This document shows, in pieces, positions 9,001 to 16,034 of a DNA stretch of 64,000 bases. This DNA comes from Schizochytrium sp. TIO01 (taxonomy: Eukaryota > Protista > Bigyra: Labyrinthulomycetes), in NCBI GenBank assembly GCA_004764695.1, contig SMSO01000031.1:5748761-5812760 (forward strand). Direction: 5' to 3'. A program made the position numbers and the translations under genes. Numbering within the stretch: the first letter of the stretch is position 1; every line of letters starts with the position of its first letter. A model generated the notes under the pieces. The model saw nothing but the letters and a program-made list of their open reading frames with translations, made no database searches and was not told where the DNA came from.

Positions 9001-10498
9001 CTTTCAGAGGAGTTGAGATTTTCAGAATTTCATTCTCATAGAAAAGAGTGGAAGAGTCGATCGAAACCGAGCCATCTACTTGGGCATCTCCAGAGACGTG
9101 GAGTCGCTTCTCCGGATTGCCTGTACCAATTCCAACCCTCGATGTGTTGGTGGAACTGCCAATTGCAATAACTGAGGATACACCAGAGTCAATAGCTACA
9201 TCATTTGCTGCACGCATCTCGAGTTTGGCATCAGAAGAACGAAGATAGCCGGTCATTCGAAACGAGTCGTCAAAAAGGTGTTCACCAAACTCTAAGATGG
9301 TATATTTGGTGGTCTCCAGACTCCGTCTAGGTTGTGGTTTGGATGAAGGGTTGGACTTCTCAGCCTTAGTTCCCGGACTTTCTCCAGGGGAGATTTCTGA
9401 TTCGGATGTGCTTGTGTGTGCTGTTGTTGCGATTTTAGATGAACCATATAAAAGCCATGGTGCTGGCGAATAAATACTTTGAGCAGGTGTTTGAACTTGA
9501 TTGGAGAATGCTGTTTTCTTAGGTTTGGATGTGCGGGCATCCCCAAGCACGCGTCTTTCCCTGCGGCGTGCTGCCTCACTTTCTGTTTCTTTAGTTGATA
9601 ACCTAATGGTACTAGTGCTTGTGTCTGACGCCTTTGACGAGACTTCGAGCTCGACTTCAGGATTTAGACTGTGGATTCCAATACTTCCATCGGGGGTGAC
9701 GATCGAGGACTCTTGGATTAGGAGGTTCGAAACGTCGAATTCAATACCATAGTACTGACGCAAAAGCACAGACATGACCCAAAGCACGAAAAGAATCGTC
9801 AAACTTAATAAAGCGCCCCAGGTAGCAAATAAGAGAGCACGTTTACGATATCGAAATGGGTTATATGATAAATCTCGCGCTGTGAGAAGCTTTTCTGCTT
9901 CTTTGTCTGGAAGAATTCGAGCCCCTCGTCCAGTCAAAAATCCTCGAAGTTGTGTACCTGTCTTTGTCATTGGGTTCGCCCCGCGCGTTTCAGCATTTGT
10001 GTCTTCGTCGTCAGATTTTTCATCACCCTCTGTATCTGAATCATCCACTAGGTCTTTGTCTACCACGCCTTTTGCCCCAGCTTCCCTCAGAGCTTCTGCA
10101 AGCATGTCCTTTGTATCGGGCATATTCAGGTCGCTTCCACTATCATCAACTTCTCCTTTCCCCTTAGTATCGCTCGCTCCAGTTTTGGCGCCCCAAGCTT
10201 GGCTCGGAGCTTTTGGTGAATCCGGTTCAATGCCTACTGAAGAAATCTTTCTCCATCCGCGTTTCTTTTTTTGTTTCTGTGCTACATTCTTCAAGCCTTG
10301 AGTTTCATGCGCCTGCCTTGTTGTGGATAATTTATTTTTGCCAACTTTAGAGCTCAACATGTCATTCTGTGAATCATTGATGCCTTCTTGAGTATCTTCA
10401 AGATTGGTTGATTTCTTCTTCGTGTTATCAACAATTTGGGACGAGGCCCCTTCGTCCTGTGACTTCCGCCTCTCGGCCCACGTGAGGTATTCGTCCAT
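1..10498 (-). CDS. Giant type II membrane-anchored beta-repeat (fibre/adhesin-like) protein, at least 3499 aa, 3' end outside the window
   Basis: Manual minus-strand translation: ATG at 10496-10498 in ACC-ATG-G context, in-frame TGA just upstream (10505-10507), no stop down to base 1. Starts MDEYLTWAERRKSQDEG. Hydrophobic helix RYRKR-ALLFATWGALLSLTILFVLWVMSVLL at 9761-9838. About 45 I-x-H-[TS]-G repeats below 7.3 kb. The longer plus-strand ORFs of the track here (165, 1629, 2097, 2460, 3753, 7062, 9774 etc.) all share one frame, as expected for antisense shadows. Confidence 0.93.
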   Translation of the reverse strand, partial: MDEYLTWAERRKSQDEGASSQIVDNTKKKSTNLEDTQEGINDSQNDMLSSKVGKNKLSTTRQAHETQGLKNVAQKQKKKRGWRKISSVGIEPDSPKAPSQAWGAKTGASDTKGKGEVDDSGSDLNMPDTKDMLAEALREAGAKGVVDKDLVDDSDTEGDEKSDDEDTNAETRGANPMTKTGTQLRGFLTGRGARILPDKEAEKLLTARDLSYNPFRYRKRALLFATWGALLSLTILFVLWVMSVLLRQYYGIEFDVSNLLIQESSIVTPDGSIGIHSLNPEVELEVSSKASDTSTSTIRLSTKETESEAARRRERRVLGDARTSKPKKTAFSNQVQTPAQSIYSPAPWLLYGSSKIATTAHTSTSESEISPGESPGTKAEKSNPSSKPQPRRSLETTKYTILEFGEHLFDDSFRMTGYLRSSDAKLEMRAANDVAIDSGVSSVIAIGSSTNTSRVGIGTGNPEKRLHVSGDAQVDGSVSIDSSTLFYENEILKISTPLKAYGTLEAPSLLVTPLETNEDSGNHEHLPMIQVGITEEGAAIMLAHSASTNLTEGAQLIRTSDDLQTRIGSETLLRLNTSQMQVITPLLHALYNVTIDGDLNVGGELQTGSISEGFGDINIGLENTIRAGQVMVSSAEVGETLNASRLNVLDAIDITNATIVSRELNPPNFIEYITVGALNLTRVNFKQMHLSLIHNLTIEGGLGITGDQLISEGDVHIENNRDSDSITYLPGNVIVGLDGHDDFARFDTIITGSEPLNFKVSRTDPYKVILRIDQAPNSADTTLVVPTKVITGTILTTGNMEDINMTGNLTVGSIQPGFGPILTEEAISTQNGASITASGAFYANGQVIFDKANVNAGSSINVFTNQSFVRILGDGAQESNLVTISTSQASIGQLLFLQNDDEEVTSGDIAIPPGGSVLLIFDGVAWREISSSAEINGITSFTASADLDIGNYEFAALDLRAKSQPAEYITVYGAGGLLTTMNLRHENDTLILNETLWVSPRGLTAQEGRFKLTSTNEGVEIENILFENTTVSNVQSLILDANNEGSEIISDGPLTITSSSGAVDIENAIFEDGLLSLNGNVDLTSVTSQRILHTGAVGEDLVVFSTFGNVQIDGVTAKNGSLVIPNVLTLQTGDLILASTSTQNIIHEGISNEDLFITSTNANVVVEDVIFQDGGRIKTSGDLELASGDLILSASTKQNIVHTGTTGNLQIISDQGAVTVEDVTFSGADISAIGTVSMSGDLIMSQSEAHVVHSGAIGLAISSASGTVSIEDVQFSGGAVSNVETIAVNSDVSFTSTVTQRIRHTGGANGDLHLVSTAGNVVVENVVFSGSAMSSVTTLSMSNDLTMSKNAASLTHSGTTSLTIASQSGYVSLESVTFDGPDISEVRNLDLSGDISSTLGNAYFQSTSSQEIVHTGSPGGVGDFSLSSVQGNVIVESVTFEGDALSGVSTIDMSDDLRFSKDVTRIQHSGGTSLTIESDSGVVYLEGVTFQDTTITGVSTLQASGDITVSKDTATIAHSGVTSLTIVSSAGTVLIEDITFDAAAVSGVTDLQIENRLELSADMSYIDHSGATLLSITSTSGCISVEDILFDSASMSNIQDIDINGILRLSTGNILLQSSNAQAIIHSGGSGQDFTIRSEGNVVLDGVTVSNGELSGVSSQTMAGPLQLTANTARIEHSGAGSLEVVSTSGTVKIEDVIFQGAALSSVSTVSMNGDLTMASGNIDLQSTASQQITHSGAAGADLDISSSSGNVVVDGVTHANSALSGISSMSIASDITMIGDSVGIQHTGNTQLVLESALGLVNIESVLFQDQAISQVSTLGMTDDLSLSKSTTTIRHTGATELHVVSDQGPVRVEDVIISDGALSSVTTVDMSGDLSLTKSIAQISHLGSSSLAISSSSGTVSVEDVVFNGGDITGIGSLSVTNDLSISSGQILLTSSGAQSILHTGAAAQDLTIDSSSGNVVVEGISFATGAVDGISTLSMSNSMTMSQDAAQITHTGSTSLVITSSSGIVRVEDVLFNGGSVSGVVDLSMSADLTMTKDIGAITHAGSTSLSIESTSGLVTIENVAFDGSDLSNVGSLSMSEDLSMSAGSILFSSTSAQKITHIGSAGADLEILSSGGNVVIAGATFKTGQVEGIDGLGMSGDLTLSLGSIFLGSSTAQSISHTGGIGEDLTLTSGGNIVVDGVTLNDGELRGVSDLSMSGSLILTQNDATITHTGATSLSILSSSGTVGIENVVFDGNAITSVSSIEMSADLLLSGELASLAHTGSTSLSITSTSNIIMIDDITFDSGDITGVSTLQTANDISLAAGGLLFTNSASQHITHTGSTSGGDLSISSGGNVVVNDVTINQGEISAVQSLMLSGSAAQLLHLGSGDLAVSASSGSIAMEDIYIDGSEMSGISALSMGGGDLSLSNGNVVFDSATSQAISHLGGSGEDLLISSGGNVVVDGVSIQDGDMFDVGNLQLTEGIEFTNNMATILHTGTTSLEISTSGSLIAAEVTFNAGDISGAGSMAMSGSLDVSGSGITLSALGPQSIIHTHSSLLTISSGGGVVTDGVTHQSGNIDGVADLSVSGTFSSTGTTFQLSGQGSQTITHPDSSELIIDSGGAVVLDGVTINEGSISEVTSLAVADSITLTSEDAVITHSGTSSLSIVTGGNLITEGVTINEGSLSGISTLTMTDTMTTQSGDIELSSGSVLFTSSGSQKITHTGGVGVDLTIESGGDVLVDGVTVSSGALSGVTTIDMSGDLVLSSGGATLESGDFLLSSSSLQTISQTGGGDLEVSSVGGKLVLDGVSVQDGIVTGVSTLTVSSSVEISGGDLTFSKAGSQLISHDDSSTLEVTSGGDLILDDVTINNGAVSGAISITMEGDLTNSGGNIILSGTGSQEISHTDNSAFVLSSNGDLVLDGVSVNEGTVTGVTSLTMSADLTFTEDSATIEHSGTSSLSISSASSVTVEGITMDGTDISGVTDLTMNGQLEIVSGDATLSLGNFLLSSSGAQAIAHSGSTGQDLTISSGANVVINGIVHNSGALSGVTSITMSDDASFSKDTARIQHSGATSLALSSTLGTVQIEDVVFDGQSISSISTISVSGDISSSSGNLYLTSSLSQAITHTGGAGQDFLISSQAGNIVVNGVTVKNGVLTGIASAEMSSDLSIDTGNIFLASASSQAITHTGSAGEDLTISSGANVVINGITIDHGTMTGVQAVTMDDDLAMTKDTSSILHTGTTSLSVSSQSGSVLVEDVIFDGTSVSSIGEMSMSGDLSNSAGNVLLASSLAQAITHTGGSGEDLTIGSGGNVVINGVTLKDGFISGASGVDSSDDLVLSKDEAQILHTGATSLTIESASGFVAVEDVTFTGTAVDGVSTLTMTSDFTTSAGSLLLASTSSQAITHTGGTGSQLLISSGGNVAIEGITFDATDVSSVGDLGMSGDLTNSAGSLLMASSLGQSITHNGGTGADLDISSGGNVIVNGMTVNGGALSGVGGISASGPVSLSADTAYITHS

Positions 10499-11486
10499 GG
10501 TTCTTCAGGGCAGTGAATCCCACACAGTCCTGCACAACAAGTCTTCTTGACGTCTGCAGTGACGCCGCGTGTGAAACCTTGTTGCGTTTTCACTGTCGAG
10601 GTTTGATCCAGTTCGTAGTAGTTTTTCCCTTGCGATCGTTGATGCAGCCCTGCTTACTTTCTTAACGGGCCAACGGAAAGTGCTGATCTCCACCCTGGGC
10701 TCTACTCACCGTCGGTTCAACTAAGAGTCTAGACTGGTCCACGTCAAGGATCCCTGGCAACCCTGGACTTCGGGTTAGGGGCTTGGTTCTGTGATTGCTT
10801 GCTTCAGCAATGAGTTCCACCGGAAATTTGTTTTCTATGTCACGATTTAAATGAGATACAATGTGTATCACATTTTGAATCCCTAAAGCCAAAGTTAGGT
10901 ACTACTAGGCTTATTTGTAAAAATTTCCCTAACCACTATTATTGCCAAAGACTGCATACTAATACTCAGAGTTATTGTATCATTTGTTATATGGGCTTTG
11001 GCGCAAACTATGTTTTGTGCGACCCGAATGAACGGTACGAGCTTTTAAATCACAAGTCTGATTTGACAATCTCTTTTTGGTGGCGATCAAAGCGGCGTGT
11101 TATTTTTCGTAAATGTATAGTAATTGTGGGTATGGGGATTAATTGACTAGAAGTGAAACTCATGGAAATCCTATGGATTAGGTTGTTCATTTGGAGGGAA
11201 AGACAAAAAGCACAAAGAAGCAGGGAAAGATAAGTATGGCTGCTCACAGGGTTTGATGGTTGCTTAGTTCATGTATGTTCGAATTGGGTATTACAAACTA
11301 TATATGCCACTAAATCAAATTGGAGCAGATACCTTGCCTACGACTGCTGTGTTATCTCTATTTCATTTGAAAGAGGAAAGTGAAGGAGCGGGAAACTATA
11401 AGCAAGATATGGTTACTACACACGGGGAAGGGATGAAATTGTGAATGAATGAAAGGCTAATGGCGGGCAGGAGATGTATCCAACGT

Positions 11487-12411
11487 TTATGTTTGCAGGG
11501 ATTGTGAGAGCTCTGCAACAGCATGCATAAGGAGCTGAAACTGTTTGCGTCGAAGATCGAGCTGGTTGAGTACGTCCTGTTCACGATTACGGAGAGTCTC
11601 AAGCTCTGCCTGTACCTCCGCAACAGCTGCCTGGGATACCGCGCGGGGAACCTCGGTGTTGACTTGCGAGGCCAAGGTTTCGCACTCTTCTTTCCGTTGG
11701 CGCATAAGTTTTTCGTTTACGAGTTCCGTTTGAAGCTGTGTAATATCCTTTTCGGCCTCACCAATGCGTTTCTCTGTGTGATGTAAAGACATTATAATGT
11801 TAGAGACTTGATCTATCACAATGATGATAATTTAGATGTTGGCAGTTCCAAGTTCACGTACGAATTTCGTTATCCAAATGCTTGTATTGGTTGATCTCCT
11901 CCTCGGCAAGTTTGGCAACCATGCTTGCCTTGTCGAACTCTAGCTCAAGCATACCAAGTTCGCGCAAGAATGTGTTCAACGCTGATTCACTGTGTCCGTA
12001 GGAAGTAAATGTCTGTCAGTTGAGAGGCCCTTCAATCTCACATCTCTTCCTAAGCATAACGTACCTGCCAGCATCTGTTTCGCCCTGCAAAGCAAGGAAT
12101 GCCCTGGTGCATTGTGCTACCGATGGTTCGCTTGCTGGCACCACCGAATCTCGCGCCACAAGTCTCTTGTTCACAATCGCTGCAGAATCACCATTTGAAC
12201 TATGTCAGTTTTCAGCCCTACGCAACCTTGTTCAGTGCGCTACTAAACATTTCAATATGCTTGAAATGGATTCCTTCCTCGCATGTTCCAGACTTTTGCA
12301 CTCTCACAGCGTCGCGTTCCTTGCGAGATCGAAGTCGCGCTCGCAGCACAGAAGTTCGGGTGTGCCTGCATCCAGGCGTTTGAACTTCAACCTGTGCTTA
12401 CCTTGGTCCAT
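11487..12411 (-). CDS. THOC7: THO complex subunit 7 (THOC7/Mft1), 4 exons: 12402-12411, 12065-12179, 11862-11989, 11487-11773; 179 aa
   Basis: GT-AG introns join in frame (540 nt total): MDQAIVNKRLVARD...FLRELGMLELEFDK...EKLMRQRKEECETLASQVN..PR...LDLRRKQFQLLMHAVAELSQSL, matching the THOC7 C-terminal signature. Confidence 0.85.
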
Positions 12412-14341
12412 GCTGCTGTTAGGAGTATTCTCCCCACTAGCCTGTGCTCTGGCGGAGGTCTTGGACTTCCTTTGCGTGCTCTTAGGCGGCAGCTCGAGCA
12501 GCGCTGCGTTGCGGCGAAGCGGGTCTGAGCCCTCCACAACAAAATTAAGACCTTACTAACCTATTACTTACCTACTAAGTACCTACAGGTCCTAGCCGCC
12601 TCTAGAGTAACATGCGAAAGCACTGACCTTGAACGGAGTACAAAGTATAAAACGTTCGGAGCGGAGAGAAGCAAAAGCAACAGCCTCGTAAATGTTACTC
12701 TGAAAGAGTAGTAGATTATGACACCTTATGCAAGGAAATTGTTGACGTCAAGCTGCATCTTCCGCTAGCTTGCTAGCTAATTTCAGGTCCTTAACCTCTG
12801 GAAAAAAATGCGACATTGAAATGAAGACGGGGTGGTATACTCGACTTGCGAAGCCGACCCGGGCAAACGCTACACAGGTTCTTCAAGATCCGCTGTGTCT
12901 TGTTCGCGATTTTGCTTGTGATGTTAGTAGTTTTGCACAGTCTACGTATGACGAAGAGCACACATGGTGCATCGAGCTCAACCCAGTTTCCCCTCTACGT
13001 CTCGTGCTGTTCTGCATATTCTGTGCAAGAATCAGTTTTGAGGGTTTAAATCTAGCTCGGGAATGAAGACCAAGTCTGGGTCAAGTTGCCAAATGATTGT
13101 CTGGAGAGGAAAGTCAAATTACACGCGCTGTGGTTTACTTATCGTGACGATTTTTTCCCAGTTCGAGCAATACTTTTATATCGGTACTCTCAAAACCACT
13201 TCGCAGTATCTATAAGGTGTTTGCCGGTAACCCATGCTTTTGTCTTTGTGCGTTGCTAATTTTCATTAAAGATTTCGTGTCAGGTTCACCACATAATCTT
13301 ATGATATATATGTATCTATTTATGGCTCATCGACTACGATTCCAAACTATTCTGCTCTTTACTAAATGCCATAGTGAGCCATTTGGAACAAGCACGAGTT
13401 ATTTCAGCATCGACAGGGAACTACTTTTTTGCAGATTGATTTTGTTTTATAATAATAAATTATGACATCTTCAAAGCTGGAAACAACAGCGATGCTTGCA
13501 GTTAAGAAACTCAATTGCATCAGTCCTTCAGGTCAGAACAACCATACCGCCCGTGAGAGCTCTGCCCGATAGCAAGTCAAATCTCTCTGTGCAATTGAGC
13601 CAATGTAAGTCCTCCAACCATCTCAAGTATCAGCTTCAACGCTTCTTCACCCAATCCGAAGACAAAGTTTGTTTCCACGCTAATGACAGTGCTAACTTCA
13701 CACAAGTAAACTGCAAATTTTCACCCGCTCTCACAGACTTTCCCTTGATTGCGCTCGCGCCAGCAAGTTCCAGCCCTCCGCACCTTGCTGCGACCAGAGT
13801 TTTCGTTCATTGAACCATTTTCAGCCTCTTCAACTCAAGTTCATTCAACAAGTGATCCAAAAATCACAATGGATACCATCGTAGTCCCTGTCGTCATATC
13901 TTTCCTTCTCTGAGACTCGCCTGACCTGCCGTAGCCGCCCATAGGTAGGTCCTAGTGGTACACAAGCAATTCTTTTCTCTTTCTCAATTTTAATTAAAAC
14001 TTTGAATTAAAATCACAGTTAACATTGAAATTAAAATTAGAGTTATTAAGAGAAAAAAAAAAGAAAAAAAAAAGAAAAAAAAAAAAGGAAAAGATCCTCT
14101 TGTAAATCAAGAACACGAAGCCCTAGCCACTGCTAGTGTATGTGGTAGGAGGCGGTCCTAACTAGGTACTTTGTTGCTCACCATACAACAAAAGGCCTCA
14201 AAAAAGAACAGGGAGAACAAGGAGAAGAAAAGAAGAAAGGCCGCCGAAGCGGAGCCCAAGCAAAGCCCGAACCAGCCTCGCCGAGCTGCCCTTCGAGCCG
14301 CCCTCGTGCTTCGACACCCCCGACTCGCCCGCCACCTCACG

Positions 14342-15292
14342 ATGATTCCGGCGGCACTGCGAGCGGCCTCCCGCCGCACCTCTCTTGCCGCGCTCCCTCG
14401 CCGCCACAGGTTCCATGCCGGTTCCGTCGCAGTGCTGCGCTCCATGACATCCGCCTCGAGGCCCATCTCGGGCCTCCAAGACGCCCCCGTAGCGGCTCCG
14501 CGTGTAGCTGGTAGCCACTACAGGCTGCTCAGTGGAAGCCCCAACGCAGGCTCGGCCAAGGATCGTGCCGGAGAAGAATCTTCACAGGCTAGTTCTGCAG
14601 ACGGTGACTCAAAATCTAACGCTGACGGTGCCGGAGACAACCTTGAGGCAACGCTTGATGTCGTTGAGCCGTCTGTGGCTGCCGATCCTGAGAAAATGTC
14701 TGGTGAGGACCTTCTCGAGCACGCTGTCAAGATCATCTTGCCGGACGATGGCTACGATGTCTCGAGCGTTGCAACCTGGTACAAGAAGGAGGGCGAGGCC
14801 ATTAAATCCGCAGAGTCTCTCGTGGAGATCGAGACTCCCGAGTTCTCATATGACTTTCAATCGAGCGTGACTGGTGTTCTTGCCAAGATCTTAAAACACG
14901 AGGGTGCCGAAGTCAAGTCTGGCTCTGTGCTCGCGTATATTGGCAAGTCCAACGAAGAGGCTGAGGAAATCTTGGCGTACACGCAGAGTGACGAGTACGC
15001 AGAAATTCGCCGCCTCAAGAAAAAACGGGCTGAGGATGCTGAGAAGGAGGACCTCCCACAATCTGAGGAAACCCAGGCTGCCAAGAAGGAGGCTGCTGTT
15101 GATGATGTGCGTTCGTTTTTGCACGGTTTGGAAGGTGATATGAGCGTATATGCAGACAAACTCATCGATGAGGGCTTTGATACGCTTGGGGCACTTGGAA
15201 CGCTCACCATGGAAGATCTCAAGGAGCTCGAGATTAAAAAGGGTCATGCGAGACTCATCCTCCAGGGCGTTGAGGACCTGAAGAAGAAGTGA
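14342..15292 (+). CDS. Probable mitochondrial protein with a lipoyl-like domain (no lipoyl-Lys) and a C-terminal SAM domain
   Basis: First ATG in frame at 14342 gives an Arg/Ala/Ser-rich, acid-free presequence (MIPAALRAASRRTSLAALPRRHRFH). Lipoyl-domain pattern ILP...WYKKEGEAIK..ESLVEIET....FQSSVTGVLAKILKHEGAEVKSGSVLAYI. SAM pattern VRSFLHGL..MSVYADKLIDEGFDTL..L..LTMEDLKELEIKKGHARLIL. Confidence 0.85.
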   Translation: MIPAALRAASRRTSLAALPRRHRFHAGSVAVLRSMTSASRPISGLQDAPVAAPRVAGSHYRLLSGSPNAGSAKDRAGEESSQASSADGDSKSNADGAGDNLEATLDVVEPSVAADPEKMSGEDLLEHAVKIILPDDGYDVSSVATWYKKEGEAIKSAESLVEIETPEFSYDFQSSVTGVLAKILKHEGAEVKSGSVLAYIGKSNEEAEEILAYTQSDEYAEIRRLKKKRAEDAEKEDLPQSEETQAAKKEAAVDDVRSFLHGLEGDMSVYADKLIDEGFDTLGALGTLTMEDLKELEIKKGHARLILQGVEDLKKK

Positions 15293-16034
15293 GATTCGTG
15301 AAGGGTTTTGGATCATGAAGGCATAAACACACCGCGACGACGATGACGGAGATATACCTGGGTACCTACTGTTGGAGGGTCTCACCTTTTCTATGAATTG
15401 CCGTAATCTGCTGGTCTTGCCTGAGTGCAAGCTGAAACACGTGCATATGCATAAAATCACAAAGAGGTTGAAATAACTACTACTTATCATAAACGCGGGG
15501 TCATTAAATATCCAGCTGGTCGACCAGCTGCTAACTGAGGCCCTCACAAATATTGATGTTACATGGTTTTTTAGATGTTTGCGCACTTGGCTCCCCTGTA
15601 CAGCCTCTTAGATCGAAGTGCATGGGGTTGCGTTGTCCTTGAAGCCGGATTTTGTATTTGTTAATGGCCATGTCCCAACTCTCCTCCAAGAACGGTTCCT
15701 GCATTTCAAACTAAAAATAAAAGTTACAAAACGAAAGAAATGAAATATAAAAAGATTCAAATTTATGTATTCAACAATCTTCACATGCCACATACGTGCC
15801 GCATACACAGGCTTGAACCATCTCATGAGAGGCACTAAGCGGAAAAGAAGACAGATTTTTACAGACAATGGGCTGACATCTTTCATACAGTTTTATTTTT
15901 AATTTTTTAAATCAATCTTGATGGGTAAGATCATGTATTGCGCATACGTATGATGTTGAGTGCTTCGTGATTGTAAATTGATTTTTCCTCCCTCTAGAAT
16001 CGATTACCTTGAACATCACCAATGGTTACGTAGC

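Noticed and set aside
5-10301. Numerous plus-strand ORFs in the track (for example 165-839, 7062-7484, 9774-10301)
   Set aside because: Antisense shadows of the giant minus-strand CDS; the longer ones share one frame and have no independent protein features.
10505-10892. Upstream minus-strand ORFs and a possible GTGAGT...CAG intron (~10650-10709) extending the giant gene
   Set aside because: An in-frame TGA lies two codons before ATG 10498, which has good start context. Any intron there would be in the 5' UTR and cannot be confirmed.
14171-14341. N-terminal extension of the 373 aa ORF from a TTG start
   Set aside because: Non-ATG start in an A-rich leader. ATG 14342 yields a convincing mitochondrial presequence.
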